Shown here one piece after another: positions 23,865 through 36,800 of a stretch of 64,000 nt of DNA. Position 1 is the stretch's first letter. The number at the start of each line of letters is the position of its first letter. The notes under the pieces were generated by a model that made no database searches, was not told the DNA's origin, and saw only the letters and a list, made by a program, of their open reading frames with translations. The translations under genes and the position numbers were made by a program. This DNA comes from Balanoglossus misakiensis (lineage: Eukaryota > Animalia > Hemichordata): NCBI GenBank assembly GCA_040954595.2, contig CM082586.2:8897337-8961336 (forward strand), read 5' to 3'.

Positions 23865-24902
23865 TGGGTGGGTATGTTTTAGGTACAGTGTTATTAAGTC
23901 AGTGTGCATGTTTTTGTTGTTTACACATAAATATCATTTGTCACCTGATTGCCATGTAAGAGTATACCCATATGGAGCTTCTATACTCTGCAGTACTATT
24001 ACTTAGTCAGATGTAAATGGAGTTTCAAAATTGCTGTTTCACAGATTTATCTGCTAAGTATTCTATTGTTATGCGTTGTCACAACACAGCCTTGACCCTA
24101 CATTATACCATGTTCTGCATATTTTGACTTATTAGTATGACATAATGCAAGTTTGTGATTGGTTACTTATAAACATGCACATATATTTGATTCACAGGTG
24201 GACTGTCTTAAATGGTCATCATTAGGCTGTGCAGGAGGGGGAGAAGACCTTGGACCCTATGTTAAAGACCCTTGCGGGCCCGTCAAGTACCTTTTTCTGG
24301 TAACCACAACTTGTTGTATACATGCTTCATAGCCAGTTTATATGTTACTGTTTTTAATCAAATAGTTAATTCACCCTCTCAATTTTATTGGGGCAGCAAT
24401 CCACCGTTGGTTTATTATGCACACCTCTAATAATCACTTGTCGGATGAATATTCTCCACTTGGTAACCTTTATGTAGTGCTATCCTCCACGATCAAGAAG
24501 TGGGATGATTATGACAATTTGAATAGGGTACCTAATTGTATTAAGGGTATAGGGGAAGTATTTCACAAATGTTTGTGTACATGGATTTCTCATTTCAACT
24601 CATTGGAGATTTTTTTCCTTCATTTTGTGATCTTAGTTAGTTTGGCGCAAATTGTTGCCAGTTTTGCATATTTGTAATGTTTGGTCAATTTTTGCCATTC
24701 CATGTCGAAAATCGTTTTTCTGAAACTTTTTGTCAGATAGCTTTGAAATTTGGAAGGCATGTTCCTACTCAGGCGAGGGGTGTAAACCTAAGTAAACTGT
24801 TGGTGTGAAATTTGGTGAAACTTTTGGGAAATTTTGCAACTTTTCATCAAAAATTGTTTGAAACTACTTGTCAGATTGATTGTAAATTTAGTCAATCTTT
24901 GT

Positions 24903-27900
24903 AGGCCCCATTCAATATATGTGTATACCACTGGGACCTTATGCGATTCAGCTGCTTCTGTATCTATGTCCATCCACAACAAAAACTTATAGCCGCAATA
25001 TTTAGAGTGTAAAGGCTGTTCTGTAGATATAATTTTGTTTAAGTTGTCATGGCCAAAAATGTGCAAATGAGCTTGAAAAACGTTAAATGGTCTAAACTCA
25101 TCAACTACTGGGCAAATTGCTTTATAAATTTGTATGCATGACGACTTCAAAGTCCTGCATGTTTTGAGCTCATATCATGAATTTTCTATTTTTTATGCTT
25201 GTTTGGACTTTTCCATATTTTTTGTAAATAAACAATTTATGGAAGTGATAGCCAATTTCTTTAAAATTTAGCATGAAGCTTCCTATATTTGATCTAAGGT
25301 GGCTTTTGTAAATTGCCTATTTGTAAGTTTGGGAGATTTTTACCAATTTTGCTCAAAAATCATTTTCTCTGAAATCCCTCGTCAGATTGCTTTTAAATTT
25401 GGTTGGAACGTTCCTTGAGGTTACCCAAGTAAGATGTTGTAAAATGTTAGTGAAATTTGTGTTCTTGGGGCAATTTTTGCAATTTTCCATCAAAATTCGG
25501 ATCCTTTAAACTATTTGTTGATAATAGCTGGTAGCCGATCAAAACTCTGGTTGTACTCAGCTTGTGACTGTCGATAAAACTATTATTTTCAATAAAAATC
25601 TGCCGAGAAAATGCAGACTGATTCCAAAGGATTCTTATCTTAAATAGTATAGGCTGAAACTATTTCCGTCATAACAGAAGGGTTCAAAACGTAATAATCT
25701 AATGCTGTAAGTCGCAATCTCGCCTTCCTATCTCCAGTGTAAAATGATAAGACAACACCAATGGTATGAGTAATGATATAACCCATATTTATTTCAAGTT
25801 AACTAAACTGTGATAAAAGCAGTGATAGAACTGGTTTCAATTTAGAAGGTATTGCTTGGACCACGAAAAAAGACAATTAATACTGACAGTAATGAAACGC
25901 ATCCCATCCATGCATTCATCAACAGTAATTTCTCCATGCTTTTTGAGCAACTTGGCCTATGTATAGTACCCTATTGTCTCTCAATGCAAGCCACTTGCTT
26001 TCACAAAACAATCCCATTTTGCCACTTTGTACTGTTCTTTATATTTTGATCTGAATCTAAAAATACCATCGACTCATCCAGTGTGAGTTAGCACTGTAAT
26101 TAGCCAAAGTTATAAATCCACAGTTACCCAGCAAATTTGATTTAATGCTTCCCAAAGGTATTGGTTTTGAACTCTCTTCTGAAATAGGTATGAAAATTTT
26201 AAAATTTCTACTGTTTCAACCCAGACTAGTTTATTTCTGAGTAAACAGAGAAATGACAACCGATAGATTATTCCTCTGTAATAAAGACATATGCAGACAC
26301 AAGAAAAAGTCTGAACATAATCAGTACATTACTAAAACAGTGTAGGTACATTGTACTATAAACTCAGGAAGATAAGTGACTATTGTTTGCCAAAAATGGT
26401 CCCAAGTCATTTCTCAAGCAGAGCAGAATAGTAGCTTAGAGAAGCAAAGTGTGATGATTTAAAATGTGAAAAGGCAACACCAATCTCTAGCTCTGCTCTT
26501 AGCACTGCAAATGTTATCAGACAGGTAGATAGATGTTCAGTCATCCTATGTCTGTCAACACTTTTTCTTTTCTGAAATCACTGGTGCAAGTGCTTTCAAA
26601 TTTGGTATGCAGGTTTCTGGGGGTAGCGAAGTAATGCGTGTTCAAATTGTGTTGAATTCTGCATATTTGTAGTTTGAAACGAGTTTTTGCTGTCTTTGGA
26701 AGAAGAAGTAAGCTTGTAGGATTTCTTTGACTATGCAAGTTTCTAGGGATAACGCAAGTTGTTTCTTCAAAATGTGGTGAAATTTGCATATTTTTTTTTT
26801 GGGGGGGGGGGGAATTTTCTCTGAAATTTAGTATGTATCTCCATGAGGTTTGTGACATAACTTGCAATTTTGTATTTTGGGGGCAGTTGCCTTTTTATTT
26901 TTACTTAAAATCATATTAGAATATGCATATCTGATTGTCATGTCCACAGGGGTGATATTATTTGTTTACATTATGACCGAATCTGTAAAGTTTTCATAAT
27001 GATCTTTAAAATTGGTACGTCTAATTGTTTCGATCTTTGTTGTGAATTGTCCCTGAGTGATCTTAGTCATTTTTTTAAAATTCTGCTGAATATTGCATTA
27101 TTATTTTATGTCTGAGTCTGAAGAGTAGTCCTCTTCTCTGAAACCCCTTGCCCTAAAGTCAGGTGTCAAATAGTATAATTTGCATATTTGTTGCATATGG
27201 GATATTGTTGCAGTTTTTTGAAGTTCAAGATGGCTGCCAATCTTTGTTTTAACTCTTTGGAAAAACATTTATTTAAATACTTTTCTGAAAACAAGGTGGT
27301 GAACATCACATGTTTTCAAACAGTAATTGATATAGCTATCATTGTTTCTGAAAATCTTAACTTGTAGGATTCTTTTTTAATCTCTAGCATCTGCAAAGAC
27401 CACTAAAACAGCAACTCTATAAAAAGTCTTATTGCTTAGTACTGACACAAGGTGGTAAAAAGATATGCAGCTTTTGACTTCTTACAGGCTTACATTTTGT
27501 TAGTGATATCAGTCCCTTTTTGGTATTGTGCTGTTTTTTTTCAGGAGCTTGGGCCCCATTCCCTGGATTTTTTTGCACACCTGGCTCTGAAAAGCTGCCA
27601 CACCTAGGCTTCTCAAATTTGTCACAGCTGTCCTTGCCAACGAGTGTGCACCTTGAAATTCAAATCAGTTATTTGACCTGGCAGCCATATTCAGTTAAAC
27701 TTTTTTGAATTAATGCAAATTAGCTGGGACAATTTGAAATTGGTCAAAACTCAGAAACTCGACAACCACTGGTCAGATTGATTTGACAATTGGTATGCAA
27801 GTACCTTATGTCAACCACATACAGTCCTATATTTTTTTGAACAAATAGTTTGAATATTCTATTTTTATGCATTTTTTCATCATTTTTGGCAAAAAGTCTA

Positions 27901-28062
27901 CTTTTCTAGAATTGATGAGTCGACTTCTTTGGGCGACGGCAAAGGCTAGGGGGGAATTTAAACGGATTTTATTGCCTCTATGTGTGTGTCTGTCTGTCTG
28001 TACTCCTGTGTAGACTTCTTTTAGTGTAATCACTAAATGAGACCACAGTGTCCCTGACGCGA
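24903..28062 (+). mobile_element. Degenerate HINE of the same family, interrupted by other repeats
   Basis: 5' aggccccatt...gggacctt + microsatellite remnant; 3' aaatgagacc-acagtgtccctgacgc-gatttt at 28035-28066. Confidence 0.55.
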
Positions 28063-28327
28063 TTTTCAGTGACCCCAGGGTAACCTTTGACCAGCTTTCC
28101 TATATCTTAGTATTCACAGCAGAATACAGCCTTGGCATACTAACCCTGGTAACCATGGGAACTGTTTGGGCCCCACCAATGGTGCTGGCAGCTTTAATTT
28201 TTAAATGATTTCTTCTTATCATTGTTTTTTTTATCAATGATGATGACTTGATCTAATCAGTTTTTTAAAATAATTTCCTTCTTTTTTTACATTAGGTTCA
28301 TTGGTAACACTGCTGCTAGAGGGAGTG

Positions 28328-28945
28328 TAATACTTGTAACGACGCCGCCACCTAATACTGTACTGGAGAGATGAACTTAATACTTGTAACGACGCCGCCA
28401 CCTAATACTGTACTGGAGGGATGAACTTAATACTTGTAACGACGCCGCCACCTAATACTGTACTGGAGGGATGAACTTAATACTTGTAACGACGCCGCCA
28501 CCTAATACTGTACTGGAGAGATGAACTTAATACTTGTAACGACGCCGCCACCTAATACTGTACTGGAGGGATGAACTTAATACTTGTAACGACGCCGCCA
28601 CCTAATACTGTACTGGAGGGATGAACTTAATACTTGTAACGACGCCGCCACCTACTACTGTACTGGAGAGATGAACTTAATACTTGTAACGACGCCGCCA
28701 CCTACTACTGTACTGGAGAGATGAACTTAATACTTGTAACGACGCCGCCACCTACTACTGTACTGGAGAGATGAACTTAATACTTGTAACGACGCCGCCA
28801 CCTAATACTGTACTGGAGGGATGAACATAATACTTGTAACGCCGCCGCCACCTAATACTGTACTGGAGGGATGAACTTAATACTTGTAACGACGCCGCCA
28901 CCTAATACTGTACTGGAGGGATGAACTTAAACTTGTAACGACGCC
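28328..28945. repeat. 50-bp minisatellite, 12 full copies + partial
   Basis: Unit taatacttgtaacgacgccgccacctaatactgtactggag(a/g)gatgaact at exact 50-bp spacing. Confidence 0.97.
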
Positions 28946-29129
28946 AGATGATGCTTCTGTGACCAGAGGGATGAACAACGCCATGATTTGTTGATCTGAT
29001 CTAATTAATAATATTCATTCTTTTTTTTTCAATAGGTTCATTGGTAATATCATCACCGGAGGGAGTCTAATCAATATCTACAACAACGCTGCGCCAGATA
29101 ACAATATCATAACCAGAGGGATGCTGTCA

Positions 29130-29320
29130 ATAGGTTAGGTTAATAAAAATGGTTTAATCTGAGGGAATGGTAAAGGATTGGTGTATGAATATGTTAGGGT
29201 AATAAAAAATGGTATAATCTAACGGAATGGTGAAGGGTTGGTGTATGAATAGGTTAGGCTAATAAAAAATGGTATAATGTAATGGAATGTAATGGAATGG
29301 TGAAGGGTTGGTGTATGATG
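29130..29320. repeat. ~60-bp tandem repeat (x3) grading into a GT/AT-biased low-complexity tract to ~29700
   Basis: aataaaaa(a)tggt(t/a)taat....gaatggtgaagggttggtgtatga at ~29142, 29201, 29261. Confidence 0.8.
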
Positions 29321-29729
29321 ACAGTGTGCACAAGGGTACTGTAACAAAACTGTCTGCATGGGTATAATATTATGGTTTCAAGGGTATGATAAGTAATTAA
29401 AATACTATAAAAACAAGGGTAATGCCACATGGTAAATAAAAACTGTACATGTACAGAGGGTAAATACCGGTATAATATATAAGGGTGTAAACATCAATGG
29501 TGTAATAATAAAAAATGGGTAACACAAGGTTTTGGTGGTATAATAATAATAAAATGGTATTAACTTGATGGTATAAACATTATGGGATGTGTATAAATGG
29601 TGTTAATATTACAAAGGTATGATGATTAATTGGGGTGTAATAATAAGAAATTTAAAATCATTGGGTAATTTATTAGTGTCAGGTTGGGTAAAATAATTTT
29701 TGCTATGCATTCGTGTAATTTGTCTGCCG

Positions 29730-29925
29730 ATTTTTTGCAGCGTTACCCGCGTTCGCGTTCTTCATTGCAGGTCGCTCGTCGTGTAATGGAATTTCGCCGT
29801 GTGCCCGTTTGATTCGCCGATGCATTTTTTTACAACGTTACCCGCGTTCGCGTTCTTCATCGCAGTTCGCTCGTCGTGTAATGGAATTTCGCCGTGTGCC
29901 CGTTTGATTCACCGATGGATTTTTT
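29730..29925. repeat. Two ~95-bp CpG-rich direct repeats
   Basis: cgttacccgcgttcgcgttcttcat...tcgctcgtcgtgtaatggaatttcgccgtgtgcccgtttgattc at 29741 and 29836. Confidence 0.85.
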
Positions 29926-30014
29926 GCTTTCGTCATCGTAATTCCCGCATCAACACGAATCCTCAATCTCACGTAACAACAATACATCAAAATGTACACA
30001 GAAAAATAGGAGTC

Positions 30015-30798
30015 GGCAAGACAATTCTGGTTAGTGTGAGCCCCAACCTTTTAAAATTCACAACGGGGGAGGGGGCAGTTTTTCCTCACTTTAAATTTGG
30101 CTCGAGGTTTTTAACTGTCCCCAGGCGCGTAAAGTTAGTTAGTTTATCACACAGAATGTAATTATCTTGCTTGATTTAAAAAAACACTAAAATTGTATGG
30201 GGGAGCTTCTTGCGATTTGCACTTAAGAAACTGATGGTTTTTACCCATAGGTAATAATTAGTATTAACACATAATTGCCTAGAAATAAAAATTAACTCAA
30301 GGGTAGAATGCAACAGTTTATTTTGTGCAATATCAACAGGAGCTATTTTGGCACATTATTTCAGTTTGATAAACACTGTTTTTGCTCATTGTTTCATTTC
30401 GACCACATTATTTCAGTTTTTGCTTATTGTTTTATTTCAACCACTGTTGTCACCTTGTTTTAAATTGAATGCAAGCATTGTTTCTGTTTGACCACTACTT
30501 GGGGTAATTGTTCCAAATTGGTATGCAAGATATTTTACATCAGCAGTTAGCCATCTAGCCACACTTTAGCTGCACAGCATATGAAAAATAATGAAATTCA
30601 TGCAAAAAGCAAAAAAGTATTATGGGTATAATGCCATTGCAGCATTGGCGGTTCGACTCCGTCGATACTTACTTTGAAGCATAAGTCTTCATTATTTTTC
30701 ATATGTAATAAATAAAACTATTCCAAATTCATATCTTTGTTTTCAGTTTGTGCTTTTGCTTCAGTTAGGGGGCCCACACTTACCAAACCTGTCTTGCC
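30015..30798. mobile_element. Degenerate MITE-like segment with ~30-bp imperfect TIRs, containing a 128-bp palindrome (30578-30705)
   Basis: ggcaagacaattctggttagtgtgagcccc vs ggggcccacacttaccaaacctgtcttgcc; internal catatgaaaaataatgaa / ttcattatttttcatatg. Confidence 0.5.
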
Positions 30799-30854
30799 AT
30801 CTTTTCACATTTCTTTAAATATGCAGCGCCAGCAGTAGGCAGTATTTGATCAAA

Positions 30855-33800
30855 TTGACCCACAAATCACTCAAAATTAATAGGCAGGATACTGTCCACT
30901 CTGGCCTGGTTACTGTCTGGCCTGGTTAATGTTGACGCAAAGGTTGACCCCACCAAACACTCAAAATTAATGGACAGGATACTGTCGACTCTGGCCTGGT
31001 TACTATCTGGCCTGGTTAATGTTGACGCAAAGGTTGACCCCACCAAACACTCAAAATTAATGGGCAGAATACTGTCCACTCTGGCCTGGTTACTATCTGG
31101 CCTGGTTAATGTTGACGCAAAGGTTGACCCCACCAAACACTCGAAATTAATGGGCAGAATACTGTCCACTCTGGCCTGCTTACTGTCTGGCCTGGTTAAT
31201 GTTGACGCAAAGGTTGAGCCAACCAAACACTCGAAATTAATGGGCAGAATACTGTCCACTCTGGCCTGGTTACTGTCTGGTCTGGTTAATGTTGACACAA
31301 GGTTGACCCCACCAGACACTCAAAATTAATGGACAGGATACTGTCCACTCTGGCCTGGTTACTGTCTGGCCTGGTTAATGTTGATGCAAAGGTTGACCCC
31401 ACCAGACACTCAAAATTAATGGACAGGATACTGTCCACTCTGGCCAGGATACTGTCTGGCCTGGTTAATGTTGACGCAAAGGTTGACCCCACCAGACACT
31501 CAAAATTAATGGGCAGAATACTGTCCACTCTGGCCAGGATACTGTCTGGCCTGGTTAATGTTGATGCAAAGGTTGACCCCACCAGACACTCAAAATTAAT
31601 GGGCAGAATACTGTCCACTCTGGCCAGGATACTGTCTGGTCTGGTTAATGTTGACGCAGAGGTTGACCCCACCAGACACTCAAAATTAATGGACAGGATA
31701 CTGTCCACTCTGGCCAGGATACTGTCTGGCCTGGTTAATGTTGATGCAGAGGTTGACCCCACCAGACACTCAAAATTAATGGACAGGATACTGTCCACTC
31801 TGGCCAGGATACTGTCTGGCCTGGTTAATGTTGACGCAAAGGTTGACCCCACCAGACACTCAAAATTAATGGGCAGGATACTGTCCACTCTGGCCAGGAT
31901 ACTGTCTGGTCTGGTTAATGTTGACTCAAAGGTTGACCCCACCAGACACTCAAAATTAATGGACAGGATACTGTCCACTCTGGCCAGGATACTGTCTGAC
32001 CTGGTTAATGTTGATGCAAAGGTTGACCCCACCAGACACTCAAAATTAATGGACAGGATACTGTCCACTCTGGCCAGGATACTGTCTGGCCTGGTTAATG
32101 TTGACGCAAAGGTTGACCCCACCAGACACTCAAAATTAATGGACAGGATACTGTCCACTCTGGTCAGGATACTGTCTGGCCTGGTTAATGTTGACGCACA
32201 GGTTGACCCCACCCCACCAAACACTCGAAATTAATGGGCAGAATACTATCCACTCTGGCCAGGATACTGTCTGGTCTGGTTAATGTTGACTCAAAGGTTG
32301 ACCCCACCAGACACTCAAAATTAATGGACAGGATACTGTCGACTCTGGCCTGGTTACTATCTGGCCTGGTTAATGTTGACGCAAAGGTTGACCCCACCAG
32401 ACACTCAAAATTAATGGACAGGATACTGTCGACTCTGGCCTGGTTACTATCTGGCCTGGTTAATGTTGACGCAAAGGTTGACCCCACCAAACACTCGAAA
32501 TTAATGGGCAGAATACTGTCCACTCTGGCCTGGTTACTGTCTGGCCTGGTTAATGTTGACGCAAAGGTTGAGCCAACCAAACACTCGAAATTAATGGGCA
32601 GAATACTGTCCACTCTGGCCTGGTTACTGTCTGGTCTGATTAATGTTGACACAAGGTTGACCCCACCAGACACTCAAAATTAATGGACAGGATACTGTCC
32701 ACTCTGGCCTGGTTACTGTCTGGCCTGGTTAATGTTGATGCAAAGGTTGACCCCACCAGACACTCAAAATTAATGGACAGGATACTGTCCACTCTGGCCA
32801 GGATACTGTCTGGCCTGGTTAATGTTGACGCAAAGGTTGACCCCACCAGACACTCAAAATTAATGGGCAGAATACTGTCCACTCTGGCCAGGATACTGTC
32901 TGGCCTGGTTAATGTTGATGCAAAGGTTGACCCCACCAGACACTCAAAATTAATGGGCAGAATACTGTCCACTCTGGCCAGGATACTGTCTGGTCTGGTT
33001 AATGTTGACGCAGAGGTTGACCCCACCAGACACTCAAAATTAATGGACAGGATACTGTCCACTCTGGCCAGGATACTGTCTGGCCTGGTTAATGTTGATG
33101 CAGAGGTTGACCCCACCAGACACTCAAAATTAATGGACAGGATACTGTCCACTCTGGCCAGGATACTGTCTGGCCTGGTTAATGTTGACGCAAAGGTTGA
33201 CCCCACCAGACACTCAAAATTAATGGGCAGGATACTGTCCACTCTGGCCAGGATACTGTCTGGTCTGGTTAATGTTGACTCAAAGGTTGACCCCACCAGA
33301 CACTCAAAATTAATGGACAGGATACTGTCCACTCTGGCCAGGATACTGTCTGACCTGGTTAATGTTGATGCAAAGGTTGACCCCACCAGACACTCAAAAT
33401 TAATGGACAGGATACTGTCCACTCTGGCCAGGATACTGTCTGGCCTGGTTAATGTTGACGCAAAGGTTGACCCCACCAGACACTCAAAATTAATGGACAG
33501 GATACTGTCCACTCTGGTCAGGATACTGTCTGGCCTGGTTAATGTTGACGCACAGGTTGACCCCACCCCACCAAACACTCGAAATTAATGGGCAGAATAC
33601 TATCCACTCTGGCCAGGATACTGTCTGGTCTGGTTAATGTTGACTCAAAGGTTGACCCCACCAGACACTCAAAATTAATGGACAGGATACTGTCCACTCT
33701 GGCCAGGATACTGTCTGGTCTGGTTAATGTTGACTCAAAGGTTGACCCCACCAGACACTCAAAATTAATGGACAGGATACTGTCCACTCTGGTCAGGATA

Positions 33801-36800
33801 CTGTCTGGCCTGGTTAATGTTGACGCACAGGTTGACCCCACCCCACCAAACACTCGAAATTAATGGGCAGAATACTGTCCACTCTGGCCAGGATACTGTC
33901 TGGTCTGGTTAATGTTGACGCAAAGGTTGAGCCCACCAAACACTCGAAATTAATGGGCAGAATACTGTCCACTCTGGCCAGGATACTGTCTGGTCTGGTT
34001 AATGTTGACGCAAAGGTTGAGCCCACCAAACACTCGAAATTAATGGGCAGGATACTGTCCACTCTGGCCAGGATACTGTCTGGTCTGGTTAATGTTGACG
34101 CAAAGGTTGACCCAACCAAACACTCGAAATTAACGGGCAGGATACTGTCCACTCTGGCCAGGATACTGTCTGGTCTTGTTAATGTTGACGCAAAGGTTGA
34201 CCCCACCAAACACTCGAAATTAATGGGCAGAATACTATCCACTCTGGCCAGGATACTGTCTGGTCTGGTTAATGTTGACTCAAAGGTTGACCCCACCAGA
34301 CACTCAAAATTAATGGACAGGATACTGTCCACTCTGGCCAGGATACTGTCTGGTCTGGTTAATGTTGACTCAAAGGTTGACCCCATCAGACACTCAAAAT
34401 TAATAAACAGGATACTGTCCACTCTGGTCAGGATACTGTCTGGCCTGGTTAATGTTGACGCACAGGTTGACCCCACCCCACCAAACACTCGAAATTAATG
34501 GGCAGAATACTGTCCACTCTGGCCAGGATACTGTCTGGTCTGGTTAATGTTGACGCAAAGGTTGAGCCCACCAAACACTCGAAAATAATGGGCAGAATAC
34601 TGTCCACTCTGGCCAGGATACTGTCTGGTCTGGTTAATGTTGACGCAAAGGTTGAGCCCACCAAACACTCGAAATTAATGGGCAGGATACTGTCCACTCT
34701 GGCCAGGATACTGTCTGGTCTGGTTAATGTTGACGCAAAGGTTGACCCAACCAAACACTCGAAATTAATGGGCAGGATACTGTCCACTCTGGCCAGGATA
34801 CTGTCTGGTCTTGTTAATGTTGACGCAAAGGTTGACCCCACCAAACACTCGAAATTAATGGGCAGAATACTGTCCACTCTGGCCAGGATATTGTCTGGTC
34901 TGATTAATGTTGACGCAAAGGTTGACCCCACCAGACACTCAAAATTAATGGACAGGATACTGTCCACTCTGGCCTGGTTACTGTCTGGCCTGGTTAATGT
35001 TGACGCAAAGGTTGACCCCACCAAACACTCAAAATTAATGGACAGGATACTGTCCACTCTGGCCTGGTTACTGTCTGGCCTGGTTAATGTTGATGCAAAG
35101 GTTGACCCCACCAAACACTCAAAATTAATGGACAGAATAATGTCCACTCTGGCCTGGTTACTGTCTGGCCTGGTTAATGTTGACGCAAAGGTTGACCCCA
35201 CCAAACACTCGAAATTAATGGGCAGAATACTGTCCACTCTGGCCTGGTTACTGTCTGGCCTGGTTAATGTTGACGCAAAGGTTGACCCCACCAAACACTC
35301 GAAATTAATGGGCAGGATACTGTCCACTCTGGCCTTGTTACTGTCTGGCCTGGTTAATGTTGACGCAAAGGTTGACCCAACCAAACACTCGAAATTAATG
35401 GGCAGGATACTGTCCACTCTGGCCTTGTTACTGTCTGGCCTGGTTAATGTTGACGCAAAGGTTGACCCAACCAAACACTCGAAATTAATGGGCAGGATAC
35501 TGTCCACTCTCTGCCTGGTTACTTTCAGGCCGGGTTAATGTTGACGCAAAGGTTGACCCAACCAAACACTCGAAATTAATGGGCAGGATACTGTCCACTC
35601 TGGCCCTTTTACTGTCTGGCCGGGTTAATGTTGACGCAACGGTGGACCCCACCAAACACTCAAAATTAATGGGCAGAATACTGTCCACTCTCCGCCTGGT
35701 TACTGTCTGGCCTGGTTAATGTTGACGCAAAGGTTGACCCAACCAAACACTCGAAATTAATGGGCAGAATACTGTCCACTCTGGCCTTGTTACTGTCTGG
35801 CCTGGTTAATGTTGATGCAAAGGTTGACCCCACCAAACACTCAAAATTAATGGGCAGAATACTGTCCACTCTCCGCCTGGTTACTGTCTGGCCTGGTTAA
35901 TGTTGACGCAAAGGTTGACCCAACCAAACACTCGAAATTAATGGGCAGAATACTGTCCACTCTGGCCTTGTTACTGTCTGGCCTGGTTAATGTTGACGCA
36001 AAGGTTGACCCCACCAAACACTCGAAATTAATGGGCAGAATACTGTCAACTCTGGCCTGGTTACTGTGTGCTCTGGTTAATGTTAACGCAAAGGTTGACC
36101 CCACCAAACACTCGAAATTAATGGGCAGAATACTGTCCACTCTGGCCTGGTTACTGTGTGCTCTGGTTAATGTTGACGCAAAGGTTGACCCCACCAAACA
36201 CTCAAAATTAATGGACAGGATACTGTCCACTCAGGCCTGGTTACTGTCTGGCCTGGTTAATGTTGATGCAAAGGTTGACCCCACCAAACACTCAAAATTA
36301 ATGGACAGAATAATGTCCACTCTGGCCTGGTTACTGTCTGGCCTGGTTAATGTTGACGCAAAGGTTGACCCCACCAAACACTCGAAATTAATGGGCAGAA
36401 TACTGTCCACTCTGGCCTGGTTACTGTCTGGCCTGGTTAATGTTGACGCAAAGGTTGACCCCACCAAACACTCGAAATTAATGGGCAGGATACTGTCCAC
36501 TCTGGCCTTGTTACTGTCTGGCCTGGTTAATGTTGACGCAAAGGTTGACCCAACCAAACACTCGAAATTAATGGGCAGGATACTGTCCACTCTGGCCTTG
36601 TTACTGTCTGGCCTGGTTAATGTTGACGCAAAGGTTGACCCAACCAAACACTCGAAATTAATGGGCAGGATACTGTCCACTCTCTGCCTGGTTACTTTCA
36701 GGCCGGGTTAATGTTGACGCAAAGGTTGACCCAACCAAACACTCGAAATTAATGGGCAGGATACTGTCCACTCTGGCCCTTTTACTGTCTGGCCGGGTTA

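Larger units (their letters stand above)
10262..24299 (+). ncRNA. Putative spliced transcript built of paralogous mini-exons (10262-10336, 10903-10975, 14002-14076, 15260-15332, 22294-22378, 24198-24299); likely lncRNA or UTR exons
   Basis: Each exon has a ttcacag/ttctcag acceptor and G|GTAAGC (or G|GTAACC) donor; type-A exons have a perfect TACTAAC branch point (10232, 13972, 22264). Lengths 75/73/75/73/85/102 do not maintain one frame. Confidence 0.5.

Noticed and set aside
25511-26527. Possible additional MITE inside the degenerate HINE
   Set aside because: Only a weak imperfect 14-bp inverted match and no TSD; not supportable.
28328-28945. CRISPR-like regular array
   Set aside because: Whole 50-bp unit repeats, no unique spacers, no cas genes, eukaryotic context.
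30640-30670. tRNA T-loop/B-box-like ggttcgactcc
   Set aside because: No A-box or cloverleaf; it is the central loop of a 128-bp palindrome.
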